A DNA stretch of 36,248 nt from Flavobacteriales bacterium (GCA_049611325.1 JBMZAL010000001.1:1-36248); one strand, 5' to 3'; shown: positions 9,201 to 17,018, counted from the first letter of the stretch. Translations and numbers: made by a program. Notes: generated by a model from the sequence alone, not told the origin.

Positions 9201-9740
9201 GTCTTCATCAACGGCAGCTTCAACGGCTGGTGTGGGACATGCAACCCCATGTCTGACGACGACGGAGATGGCGTGTGGGAAGTGACTTTGTCGCTTGCTG
9301 TGGGCACCATTGAGTACAAGTTCACCTTGGATGGTTGGAACTACCAGGAAGAGCTTGCGGGCATCGCAGGCATCGAAGCATGCACGTCTTTGATTGACGG
9401 ATACACAAACCGCTCCTTGACGTTCGATGCGGACATCGTGCTTGACGCGGTGTGCTGGGAGTCTTGCGCTGCGTGTGAGCTTGCCGGCGGTTGTACAGAT
9501 CCTGCCTTTGTGGAGTACGATCCGTATGCCACACAAGACGACGGCAGCTGTGGTGAGTTGATTGTGTACGGTTGCACCTACGACGCAGCCAGCAACTTCA
9601 ATCCGATTGCAAACGTGGATGACAACTCATGCGAGTTCACGGAAACGAACGATTGTGCCGCCGACCTCGATGGCGACGGTGCCGTGACGACGGGCGACTT
9701 GCTCGCGTTCTTGGCCACGTTCGGATTGACTTGCCTCTGA
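6282..9740 (+). CDS. Secreted non-catalytic protein with nine CBM-like beta-sandwich modules
   Basis: 1152-aa ORF with signal peptide MRYSLLLLSALFAWTAQGQ. Nine ~100-115-aa modules carry V.F.VDM ... G.FNGW/GPWCGWC ... M.D.DGDG.[YW] ... EYK[FY] signatures, reminiscent of CBM20/CBM48-type E-set modules. Three 'A' modules and two 'B' modules are close paralogues. Two GC..DDGSC motifs follow (9489-9638). The tail is CAADLDGDGAVTTGDLLAFLATFGLTCL. No T9SS domain is present. Confidence 0.85.
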   Translation: MRYSLLLLSALFAWTAQGQTTFNVDMSCAPEGFTDVFVTGPWCGWCANDTYNTMTDPDGDGVYSVTVADLVGTVEYKYAINGFADQENLVNDMVDGASCAPVTDFSGYANRQIAADGTANDFYGTCDGTCNDVPVAPAVDVTFQVDMSQYQGTYGTVNINGSFNGWCGACAAMTDDDGDGVYSITIGLSPATYEYKFTLDGWTAQEEFTEGDACTSTIDGYTNRTLDVTEATTLGAVCYNSCDACDGNGGGDNGGGTSEMGVTFNVDMSCAPAFDNVFVTGPWCGWCANDVYNTMTDDDGDGIYSVTVPDLTGTVEYKYAMNGFADQENLINDMVDGATCAPVTDFAGYANRQIDAGSVANDYYGTCDGTCNDAAPVMVTFQVDMNEQTTNPIGVFIAGNFQGWSAGATAMTDEDGDDIWEYTASISAGEAVEYKFINGPNWGLDESIPVACAVNSNRGYTVGTEDAVLDAVCFGACTPCGDALPTEEVTFTVLTDNITVAADGMYLAGAMNGWSGEPMNDNGDGSWSLTKSLEAATYEFKFQNGLDGWEELDCGGNRTVEVVLGAPIAYQGCFAQCADVCAVDPDAADITFQVDASQIAVSSDGMYLMGSFTEPAWQLGAIAMNDDDGDSIWSATVNVDGPAAFQYKFNNGLTVSIDSLPDLSGEENADFIAGGCGVNNGVGGSNRLHERSGVAETLDVVCFNSCEACVVAPSVLVATVDLCGAAADSVRLTGPFWGWDPNGGPIATDNGDGTWSVTFDPAPTENMEYLWIVDGTQENLIQAMVDGGACAPVTDYANYANRLWEVGAENPSDVYNSCSACDGTGGGNTTFNVDMTCVDAAGATVNGATSFTEVFVTGPWCGWCAADGYNVLTDADGDGIYSVEIGGLTGTVEYKYGIDAFTDQEQLVDDMANGADCAPVTDFAGYANRQIEAGATSSDVFGSCSSCEDQVAPANVTFRVDMNQYAEAYAYDGVFINGSFNGWCGTCNPMSDDDGDGVWEVTLSLAVGTIEYKFTLDGWNYQEELAGIAGIEACTSLIDGYTNRSLTFDADIVLDAVCWESCAACELAGGCTDPAFVEYDPYATQDDGSCGELIVYGCTYDAASNFNPIANVDDNSCEFTETNDCAADLDGDGAVTTGDLLAFLATFGLTCL

Positions 9741-9760
9741 GCATTTGAATGACTTCAACA

Positions 9761-9789
9761 AAGAAGGGGGGCGTCGCCCCCCTTTTTTT
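9761..9789 (+). terminator. Rho-independent terminator after the 6282..9740 gene
   Basis: A G6 run (9766-9771) pairs with a C6 run (9777-9782) around a short loop. The flanks are aagaa and ttttttt (9783-9789). Confidence 0.8.
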
Positions 9790-9844
9790 GTGCCTTCATG
9801 TGCCGTGGGTCGCCTCTTGAAAGGGAGGCTCCTATCTTTGGACC

Positions 9845-10426
9845 ATGAAGCCATTGGTATCCACGAGACTGCCAACCGATGCAGGAGATTTTGAAGTGCA
9901 CGCCTTCGAGAGTGGTGTGTCTTCCCAGCCGCATTTGATGCTCTGCTCGAAGAAACAGCCTGTTGCATTGCCTTTGGTTCGGGTGCACTCCGAGTGCTGG
10001 ACGGGCGATGTCGTTGGATCGCTCCGTTGTGATTGCGGTCCGCAATTGGATTCCTCACTCAAGCAAGTGCAGAAAGAGGGAGGAGCTGTACTCTATCTCC
10101 GGCAAGAGGGGCGAGGCATCGGCTTGATCGAAAAGCTCAAGGCATACAACCTGCAAGACGAAGGCCTGGACACCTACGAGGCCAATGAGCGTTTGGGACA
10201 CCAGCGTGATGCGCGTCGTTTTGACGTTGCGGCTGGAATGTTGGCCTCGCGTGGCTGGACCGCCATCCGGTTGTTGACCAACAATCCGGACAAGGTGTAT
10301 GACCTCGAAAAAGAGGGCATTGACGTGCGCGAGGTAGTGGCCCTTGAAATGGCACCCAACGAGCACAATGCGGAGTACTTGTCTGCAAAGGCCAAGGAGG
10401 TCAAGCAAGGACACACGCGCGCATGA
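9845..10426 (+). CDS. ribA: GTP cyclohydrolase II (monofunctional)
   Basis: 193 aa. Contains RVHSECWTGDVVGSLRCDCGPQL (the Zn Cys cluster), YLRQEGRGIGLIEK and LLTNNPDK. Confidence 0.92.
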   Translation: MKPLVSTRLPTDAGDFEVHAFESGVSSQPHLMLCSKKQPVALPLVRVHSECWTGDVVGSLRCDCGPQLDSSLKQVQKEGGAVLYLRQEGRGIGLIEKLKAYNLQDEGLDTYEANERLGHQRDARRFDVAAGMLASRGWTAIRLLTNNPDKVYDLEKEGIDVREVVALEMAPNEHNAEYLSAKAKEVKQGHTRA

Positions 10427-10428
10427 AA

Positions 10429-10449
10429 AAGGGCCCCAGCGGGGCCCTT
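10429..10449 (+). terminator. Hairpin after ribA (putative terminator with a weak U-tract)
   Basis: The sequence aa-gggcccc-agc-ggggccc-tt gives a 9-bp stem 3 nt after the ribA stop. A second perfect 8-bp hairpin, acccgaaa/tttcgggt, lies at 10484-10504. Confidence 0.45.
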
Positions 10450-10626
10450 CGCAATCATTTGGTTAAGTGGGTGCATGCGACACACCCGAAAGCGAATTTC
10501 GGGTATTGTGGTCTACAAGGCCTCAAACGGAATGAGTTAACACGTTTTATTTAAGTTGCAACGTATTTCATGGTGTTGCCCGTTTGCCACCAACGTTCTT
10601 CGCCAACAAACCAAATCGATCGCAAG

Positions 10627-12069
10627 ATGCCTTCTCCTGCAGTCTCTTTCCCTGGCAAGCGTCTCCTTCACCTGTTTTGTTTCTTGTGCTGGTCTCAAGT
10701 CACGTGGGGACAACACAGTTGGATGCACCCTGACGACCACATTCGGGCGCCGCATTATTTGGAATGGATTGAGGCCCTCGAAAACGAAGATCAATGGACG
10801 CAAGCGAGGTTGTTGACCACCCTGCCCAATGGACGCATTGTGGACATGTCCGCCCATGCGCAAGGACAAGGTGGACAATCCTTGATTCACATCAATGGCG
10901 ACATGCGTTGGGTCGTGAGCTCAGAGGAGCCCTTGTCCAACCTCAGTGCGAGTTTGGTGGAAGGTTACAATGGCGGTTCTCTCGATTTCATGTGGCATAA
11001 CCACTTGCACAGTTTGGGGGGGTATGGTTTGTGGCGAAGGCATTTCGACTTGATTCGTTTTCATGGAGGCGATCAGGGTTGGCAAAAGGTGGCAACCGAC
11101 GGACAAAGTCCGGAGGATCAATCCAATACAGACAGGTCGATGTCGTTTTTCGCCCATGGCAAGGCCCACTTGTTTGTGGATCCGTTGTCATCACGAGGAT
11201 TCACAGCGGAGACCAATTTCGTCTACCACGTGTTGGACCTTGACAAACGTCAATGGACGAGGAAAGGAGCTGTGGATGCGCGATTGGGTCAAATTCGGGG
11301 AGGCATCAATTTGCCCTCTGGCTGGCTGATGCACAATGAGGCAGGAGAATTGATTTGGGTTGATTTTGAGCAGGAAATTGCGCGACTGCTGCCGAATGCT
11401 GCGGGAATGCTGGAGGAGTTTTACGCGTGGCATCGCGAAGAGGGAAGAATGACCTTTGTCGGAGATTCGACCGTCTGGCACCTCTGGAATGGCGAGCGCG
11501 TGACATTGAACATTCCTTGGAAGGCCCTTGATGCGGCGCCGGATGTGCCGTTGTTCGTTCCCTCTTCTTTGCCTTTGAACGACAATTCAATGGCCGCGGG
11601 TCCATCTGTGAATGGCAGGGAGCGAGGTGCGACATTCAACTTGTCGCAGCTGATTCCGTGGCTGTTGTTTTTGGGCTTGGCGATTTGGTTCTGGTTGGAG
11701 CGCCGCAAGTCCAGTCGTCGTAGGGAGGGGCGCTCACCGCAGACTGCGGCCGAGGAAATGAACGAAGAAAAGGCGCAAGGGCAGTATTCTGCACTGACGC
11801 AGATGGTTCTTGAGCACATGGGCAAGCAGTTTGAAACCGAGGAGTTGGATGTCCTTCTGGGCATCAGTCACCTGTCGTCTCCGGAAACGCTGCGCTCTAA
11901 TAGGGCGAGAATGATCCAAAGGGTGAACACAGAGTACCGTGTTACGCAGGGTCAAGATTTGATCGTGCGCCAGCGGGCATTTTCAGACCGTCGCCGAAGC
12001 GTGTACGCAATCGGCGGGACTCCTGGGGCAGCGGCCCAAGATGAAGGGATGGAGGACTCCACCCCATGA
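10627..12069 (+). CDS. Hypothetical single-pass membrane protein: extracytoplasmic repeat domain, TM helix, cytoplasmic winged-helix-like tail
   Basis: Long ORF with no recognisable catalytic motif. The signal-like N-terminus MPSPAVSFPGKRLLHLFCFLCWSQVTWGQ starts at ATG 10627; an alternative ATG lies at 10570. There is one clear TM segment, LIPWLLFLGLAIWFWL, followed by RRKSSRRR. The C-terminal ~90 aa (LTQMVLEHMGKQFETEELDVLLGIS...RMIQRVNTEYR) looks like an HTH/wHTH. Confidence 0.7.
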   Translation: MPSPAVSFPGKRLLHLFCFLCWSQVTWGQHSWMHPDDHIRAPHYLEWIEALENEDQWTQARLLTTLPNGRIVDMSAHAQGQGGQSLIHINGDMRWVVSSEEPLSNLSASLVEGYNGGSLDFMWHNHLHSLGGYGLWRRHFDLIRFHGGDQGWQKVATDGQSPEDQSNTDRSMSFFAHGKAHLFVDPLSSRGFTAETNFVYHVLDLDKRQWTRKGAVDARLGQIRGGINLPSGWLMHNEAGELIWVDFEQEIARLLPNAAGMLEEFYAWHREEGRMTFVGDSTVWHLWNGERVTLNIPWKALDAAPDVPLFVPSSLPLNDNSMAAGPSVNGRERGATFNLSQLIPWLLFLGLAIWFWLERRKSSRRREGRSPQTAAEEMNEEKAQGQYSALTQMVLEHMGKQFETEELDVLLGISHLSSPETLRSNRARMIQRVNTEYRVTQGQDLIVRQRAFSDRRRSVYAIGGTPGAAAQDEGMEDSTP

Positions 12070-12088
12070 AGAGAGAATTGGTCGAGGT

Positions 12089-13453
12089 TCACATGGACAA
12101 CGCGTGCATCCACTCCATGCACACGATGGCACCGATGGTGCCCACGGCATAGCCCAACACCGCCAAGAGAACGCCAACGGGAGCCAATGCGGGGGAGAAG
12201 GCGCTTGCCACAATGGGCGCGGATGCAGCGCCACCGACATTGGCTTGGGAGCCAACGGCGACAAAGAAGAACGGGGCTTTGATGAGTTTGGCCACCAGGA
12301 GCAGCACGACGATGTGAACGAGCATCCAGATCAAACCAATGCTGACCGCACTGCCATACATGGCCCAGTTTTCGATGAGGCTGCCAATGTCCATTTTCAT
12401 GCCAATGGTGGCCACCAAGATGTACAAGAAGACGGAGCCCATTTTGCTTGCACCGGCGCCCTCGTAAGATTTGGCGGAGGTGAAACTGAGGGCAATGCCC
12501 ATCGCAGTGGCAGTGACGACCAACCAAAAGAACCCTTTGGTGATGGAAGAAAGGTAGATGGCCGGAGAGTCTGGATTGGCAGCCATCGTGTTGTCGAGCC
12601 AAGAGGACAACGCCACAGATGCATTGTCGGCGACCAGGTGAGAGACGGCGACCCCTCCAAACGCAATGGCCACGATGACCATCCAATCTGGGAAGCTGGG
12701 AATGCGTGCGGATTTGGCTTGCAATTGTTCCACCTTGTCCTGAAGCTCATTGACTGCGGAGGCATCTGCCTTGAGCCATCCGTCAATTTTTTCGCGGATG
12801 CCAGCCCCGAACAACAGGAAGGGCATCCACAAATTGGCCACGAACACATCGACGATGAGCATGATGGAAAATTGATCGTCCAGCGTATCGGAGATCTCCT
12901 TGAGTGCGGCCTGGTTGGCACCACCACCGATCCAGCTTCCGGCCACGGTGCTTAATCCGCGCCAATAGGCATCTGGCGCATTTCCGCCCAACACCTCTGG
13001 GTTCGACTGTCCCACCAGCCACAAGGCAAGGGGGCCGCCGATGACGATGCCCGCGGTGGCTGCAAAAAACATGATGATGGCCTTGGGTCCGAGGTTGTAG
13101 ATGCCTTTCAGGTCAATGGACAGGCAGAGCAAAATCAAGCTGGCAGGGAGGAGGTACCGCGAAGCCACGAAATACAGGTTGCTCTCTTCGCCATTCACAA
13201 TGCCCAGCGAATTCAACGCCGCAGGAATGAAATAACACATCAGCAACGCCGGGACGAAGGTGTAAAAGCGCTTGAATTGAGGCAGAGAGTGGGTGTAAAA
13301 GACCAACCCCAAAGCACCTGCAAGAAGTCCGAGAACCACTGCATCGTTGGTGAAGACGGCGTTGAGCAAAAAGGAAGAGAGCATGTGGGTCATCGCAAGA
13401 CAGGTTTGGGCAAAAATGCCAAAAACCAGACAAACGAAAAACGGCCCGCGCAT
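12089..13453 (-). CDS. DUF819 family integral membrane protein
   Basis: Polytopic membrane protein. NDAVVLGLLAGALGLVFY near the N-terminus, SWIGGGANQAA and the overall layout match the DUF819 (YjcL-like) family as remembered. The start is ambiguous, either ATG 13453 or ATG 13393. Confidence 0.85.
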   Translation of the reverse strand: MRGPFFVCLVFGIFAQTCLAMTHMLSSFLLNAVFTNDAVVLGLLAGALGLVFYTHSLPQFKRFYTFVPALLMCYFIPAALNSLGIVNGEESNLYFVASRYLLPASLILLCLSIDLKGIYNLGPKAIIMFFAATAGIVIGGPLALWLVGQSNPEVLGGNAPDAYWRGLSTVAGSWIGGGANQAALKEISDTLDDQFSIMLIVDVFVANLWMPFLLFGAGIREKIDGWLKADASAVNELQDKVEQLQAKSARIPSFPDWMVIVAIAFGGVAVSHLVADNASVALSSWLDNTMAANPDSPAIYLSSITKGFFWLVVTATAMGIALSFTSAKSYEGAGASKMGSVFLYILVATIGMKMDIGSLIENWAMYGSAVSIGLIWMLVHIVVLLLVAKLIKAPFFFVAVGSQANVGGAASAPIVASAFSPALAPVGVLLAVLGYAVGTIGAIVCMEWMHALSM

Positions 13454-13501
13454 TTCGCGCAGGCCGTCCTCTTCTTTGGTTCCTGGCAGAACCGAACCCT
13501 A

Positions 13502-16500
13502 TCACCAGACCATCAATGGGATGTTTCCGGATGGAGTGGAGGTCCCCACTTGAATGAAGTAGGTGCCTGGTGCAATGGATTCTCGAATGGGGTACCCCAC
13601 AACGCCTGGGGATTTGACAATGCCTGTTCCCTGCCAGACGACACGTCCGTCAGACGCCAACACGCGGATGGCGGTTTGGTCGTCGTCCAAGCCAGAGACA
13701 AACACCATGTTGTGCTCGGGGCTCATGGGGTTGGGGAACAAGTTCAGTGCAGGAGCTTCAGAGAAGTCGCCCACATTGTCTGTCGACACCTCGTCGTCCA
13801 CTTCGTCACAAATGCCATCTCCGTCGAGGTCGTTGAGGCAGTTGCCGTCACAATCGTAGTACAGCTCGGCATAAGTGCACGATCCGTCGTTGTCGGTGGC
13901 CGTGGCGTCGAAGTTGCAGGCATCTGCGTCCTCACATCCTGCAATTTCCAATTCATCACACACGCCGTCGCCGTCGGTGTCGTTCAGGCAGGCGCCATCG
14001 CAGTCGAAGAACGTCTCTGCGTACTCGCACGAGCCGTCGTTGTCGGTGGCTTCCGTTTGGAAGTTGCACGCTGACGCGTCATCGCATCCTGCGATTTCCA
14101 ACTCGTCACACACGCCGTCGCCATCGGAATCCTGGATGCAGTTGCCATAGCAGTCGTAGTAATCCTCTGCCCAAAAGCACAGGTCGTTGTTCGCCACAGT
14201 CGCTGCTGCGTTGTAGTTGCAAGCGTCTTCCACAGTGCATCCAGCTTCGTAAGAGCATTCTTCGCCTGACGCGGGAGGATCTGTGGCTTCGGGGTTGTAG
14301 TTGCTGGCAATGATGTCTTGACATCCCGAGATTTCCAATTCATCGCACACCAGGTCGTTGTCGGTGTCGTTGATGCAGCCGTCGCAGGTGTAAAATTCTG
14401 CGGGGTAGGTGCAAGAACCGTCGTTGTCGGTGGCATTGGCATCGTAGTCGCATGCGGTCACATCGTCACACCCTGCGATTTCCAATTCGTCGCACACGCC
14501 GTCGCCGTCGAAGTCGTTCTGACAGACACCCTCGCAGTTGTAGTAGTTCTCCGGGTAGGTGCACGATCCGTCATCGTCTGTCGCAGCGGCGTCAAAGTTG
14601 CAGGCATCTTGGTCTTGACAGCCAGCGACTTCCAATTCGTTGCAAATGCCGTCGCCATCGCTGTCTTGGAGACATTGGCCATTGCAGTCGTAGTAGGTCT
14701 CAGCGTAGGTGCATGATCCGTCGTTGTCGGTGGCCGCTGTGTCGTAGTCACAGGCAGTCACGTCGTCGCAACCCGCGATTTCCAATTCGTCACACACGCC
14801 GTCGTCATCCGCGTCGTTCGTGCATGTGCCGTCGCAGTCGTAGTGGGCGGCGGGGTAGTCGCATCCGCTGGAAATCGTCGCATTGACGTCGTAGTTGCAG
14901 CCGCTGGGGTCGGTGCACCCTGCGCACGAGGTGAACTCGCATGAGCCGTCGTCGTCAGAGGCGTTGGCGACATAGTTGCACGCGTCGCTGTTGGTGCACC
15001 CCTCGGTTTCCAACTCACAACACACGCCGTCTCCGTCTTCGTCGCAGTGGCATTGGCCGTTGCAGTCGTAGTACTGTTCTGCGAATGTGCAGCTGCCGTC
15101 GTCCAAAATGGCACCAGGCGTGAAGTTGCACGCGGTCACATCTTGGCAACCAGAGACCTCGGCGGCATCGCAAATGCCGTTGTTGTTTTCGTCTGCGCAG
15201 CCCTCCATTTCTGAGACTTCTGAAGCGCACACTTCCCACGAACCCTCGTATCCGTAGTCGTTCGTGGTGTTGTCCAACTCGACCAGAACGTCGCCCGCGG
15301 CGTTGGTGAGCATCATGCTCCCTCCGATGTCACAGATGCCGTCGTCACCGAAATCAATGGAGCAGAGGCCATCGCCGTTGGTGTCTTCCATGATCAAGGT
15401 GTAACAGCCCACCGGAAAGCACCCGCTGCTTTCGTACGTGGCCATATTGATGGGGTAGTCGCCTCCACTCATGATGGCCTCGCCTTCGCTGTCTTCGATG
15501 CGCCAGCTGATTTCGTTGGCCCACGTGTCCGTGTTGAGCGTCATGGTCCAGTAGTCACTCTCCGCCAAGACGATGCGCTGGACGCTTTGGTCGTTTTCTG
15601 GGAAGTCGTCTTGGACGTTGCCCAACAAGCGAACTTCGAGAGCCAATTCGTTGGTGTCTGCGGCAAGGGCCAATTCAGGCAGCATCACCTCGATACTGGA
15701 TCCGGCCTCCACGCTTTCTTCGTGAATGGTTGTGAACGGGCTGTGTCCGTTGACAGAGGTGGTCAATTCAAATCCCGTGACTGTCTGCGTGCCAAAGTTG
15801 GTCACGATGACTGTGGGCGTCAGTGAGGGGAGGCATGTGGATTCCCCCACATTGCCCAATCCAGCGATGGTCAAGTCGCGTTCTGTCACGGCCAGGCCGC
15901 CCAAGCTCTCCAAAAGGCTTGAACGTGATGATTCCAAACAGGCACGCATCCGGTCACGCTGACCGGCGGTGAACATGTTCTTGCACGTTTCCTGCGCGTA
16001 GTCCATGTAGTTCTCAACTTGGGCACCGTCACAGGTTGGGCTGGTGCATCCAGAGCTGTTGGAGATGGTCGATGGAGTGTCACACACCAAATCACCTTGC
16101 GTTTCGCAATTCGTTTCCGACGTGCACGAAGTGGTGTTGGAGAAGGTGTGGTAGAGTGAAAGGTGGTGGCCCATTTCGTGGGTGACCGTTTTGTTCAAGG
16201 TGCGTCCAGGCTTCAACTCACCCACCAAACCAAAGGCATTGTAGAGCACCACCAAGCCGTCGCGTGCGTCGTTGGTGGGGCCCAAGTAAGCATAACCTTG
16301 GATGCCGTTTCCGCCATCGTTGCCATTGATTTCAGGGACCACGAAAATGTTGATGTAGTCGTCGCCATACCATGTGGTCAAGCTCTTGACCGCGGTCTGG
16401 TCTGCAGCATCGTCGTCTTGACCGTTGCTGATGCCATGTTGCGCGTACCCAGGCACGCTGTTTCCATTGACGCGTACAATGCCGTTGGTGGGCGCTCCAT

Positions 16501-16879
16501 CTGGCGTGCGTCGCGCCATTTCAAACTGGATGAAGGTGTCGGCTCCCTCGCTGTCGCTCACGCGGTTGCGGAAATCGTCGTTCATGCCATCGATGGCAGA
16601 CAAGATTTGGGCATCTGTGATGTTTTCCTCCACACCGACGGGCGATCCGCGGTGAATCACGTGAACCACCACAGGTAGGGTGTGCACATCCATGTTTCGA
16701 TTGGACGAAGCCTGCAAACGTTGAACCGCGGCACGCACGGCGTCAAAGTTCCGGGCGTAGGGTTCAGAGGTGGCCATTTCGGTGGCGTGAAGCGCGTCGG
16801 CCGAGCAGGGCTCAGTGGATTGGGCCGAAGAAAAGAAGCTCATGGTGAGCAGGGCGAGGATGGAAAAGAAAACACGCAT
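13502..16879 (-). CDS. Secreted M43-family (cytophagalysin/pappalysin-type) zinc metalloprotease with a Cys/Asp-rich repeat stalk and a T9SS type A C-terminal domain
   Basis: Signal peptide MRVFFSILALLTMSFFSSAQS from ATG 16879. The zinc motif is HEMGHHLSLYHTF, followed downstream by ENYMDYAQETC and FTAGQRDRM, which are M43 signatures. A TD-W..E..W module is followed by ~9 composite repeats. The C-terminus is LNLFPNP...APGTYFIQV...MVW. The ORF-track start at 16975 is rejected because that extension contains the upstream gene's terminator. Confidence 0.9.
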   Translation of the reverse strand: MRVFFSILALLTMSFFSSAQSTEPCSADALHATEMATSEPYARNFDAVRAAVQRLQASSNRNMDVHTLPVVVHVIHRGSPVGVEENITDAQILSAIDGMNDDFRNRVSDSEGADTFIQFEMARRTPDGAPTNGIVRVNGNSVPGYAQHGISNGQDDDAADQTAVKSLTTWYGDDYINIFVVPEINGNDGGNGIQGYAYLGPTNDARDGLVVLYNAFGLVGELKPGRTLNKTVTHEMGHHLSLYHTFSNTTSCTSETNCETQGDLVCDTPSTISNSSGCTSPTCDGAQVENYMDYAQETCKNMFTAGQRDRMRACLESSRSSLLESLGGLAVTERDLTIAGLGNVGESTCLPSLTPTVIVTNFGTQTVTGFELTTSVNGHSPFTTIHEESVEAGSSIEVMLPELALAADTNELALEVRLLGNVQDDFPENDQSVQRIVLAESDYWTMTLNTDTWANEISWRIEDSEGEAIMSGGDYPINMATYESSGCFPVGCYTLIMEDTNGDGLCSIDFGDDGICDIGGSMMLTNAAGDVLVELDNTTNDYGYEGSWEVCASEVSEMEGCADENNNGICDAAEVSGCQDVTACNFTPGAILDDGSCTFAEQYYDCNGQCHCDEDGDGVCCELETEGCTNSDACNYVANASDDDGSCEFTSCAGCTDPSGCNYDVNATISSGCDYPAAHYDCDGTCTNDADDDGVCDELEIAGCDDVTACDYDTAATDNDGSCTYAETYYDCNGQCLQDSDGDGICNELEVAGCQDQDACNFDAAATDDDGSCTYPENYYNCEGVCQNDFDGDGVCDELEIAGCDDVTACDYDANATDNDGSCTYPAEFYTCDGCINDTDNDLVCDELEISGCQDIIASNYNPEATDPPASGEECSYEAGCTVEDACNYNAAATVANNDLCFWAEDYYDCYGNCIQDSDGDGVCDELEIAGCDDASACNFQTEATDNDGSCEYAETFFDCDGACLNDTDGDGVCDELEIAGCEDADACNFDATATDNDGSCTYAELYYDCDGNCLNDLDGDGICDEVDDEVSTDNVGDFSEAPALNLFPNPMSPEHNMVFVSGLDDDQTAIRVLASDGRVVWQGTGIVKSPGVVGYPIRESIAPGTYFIQVGTSTPSGNIPLMVW
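13505..13747 (-). other. T9SS type A C-terminal sorting domain of the M43 protease
   Basis: LNLFPNPMSPEHNMVFVSGLDDDQTAIRVLASDGRVVWQG...IAPGTYFIQVGT... fits the Por secretion-tail pattern: [FY]PNP near the start, a G.Y strand and ~80 aa in length. Confidence 0.8.
13805..15210 (-). repeat. About nine in-frame composite ~50-aa repeats (TSP type-3-like Asp loop plus Cys motif)
   Basis: The unit is [YF]YDC[DN]G.C..D.DGDG[VI]CDELE[IV]AGC.D..ACN[FY]D..ATD[ND]DGSCTY[AP]E. At DNA level the block gcgatttccaattcgtc[ag]cacacgccgtcgcc recurs near 13930, 14088, 14470 and 14770. Confidence 0.8.
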
Positions 16880-16950
16880 GAGATGGAGTGTGGATAGGGT
16901 TTGATCTCGCTTACGGGGTTGGGTCCACTCCGGTTTCAGTTTCATCCAAC

Positions 16951-16983
16951 GAAAAACCCCGAGGGACGAATCCATCGGGGTTT
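16951..16983 (-). terminator. Rho-independent terminator of the FKBP/yaaA transcript
   Basis: 9-bp stem, 16954-16962 paired with 16975-16983 (minus-strand reading aaaccccga...tcggggttt), with a 12-nt loop and then tttttc on the minus strand. It sits 36 nt downstream of the FKBP stop. Confidence 0.75.
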
Positions 16984-17018
16984 CAAGAAGAATTTTATCA
17001 GAAATTATATCTGCATCC

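Noticed and set aside
2499-9740. Polysaccharide utilisation locus (PUL) interpretation of the MFS and CBM-like region
   Set aside because: No SusC-like TonB-dependent transporter, SusD-like lipoprotein, glycoside hydrolase or hybrid two-component regulator is present in the window.
9790-9844. Possible FMN (RFN) riboswitch in front of ribA
   Set aside because: Only ~55 nt lie between the upstream terminator and the ribA ATG, which is far shorter than an RFN element. I saw none of its conserved core strings, only a 5-bp gcctc/gaggc hairpin.
16880-16975. 32-codon N-terminal extension of the M43 protease ORF (track start 16975)
   Set aside because: The extension contains the hairpin and T-run terminator of the upstream FKBP gene (16951-16983). 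The internal ATG at 16879 gives a canonical signal peptide.
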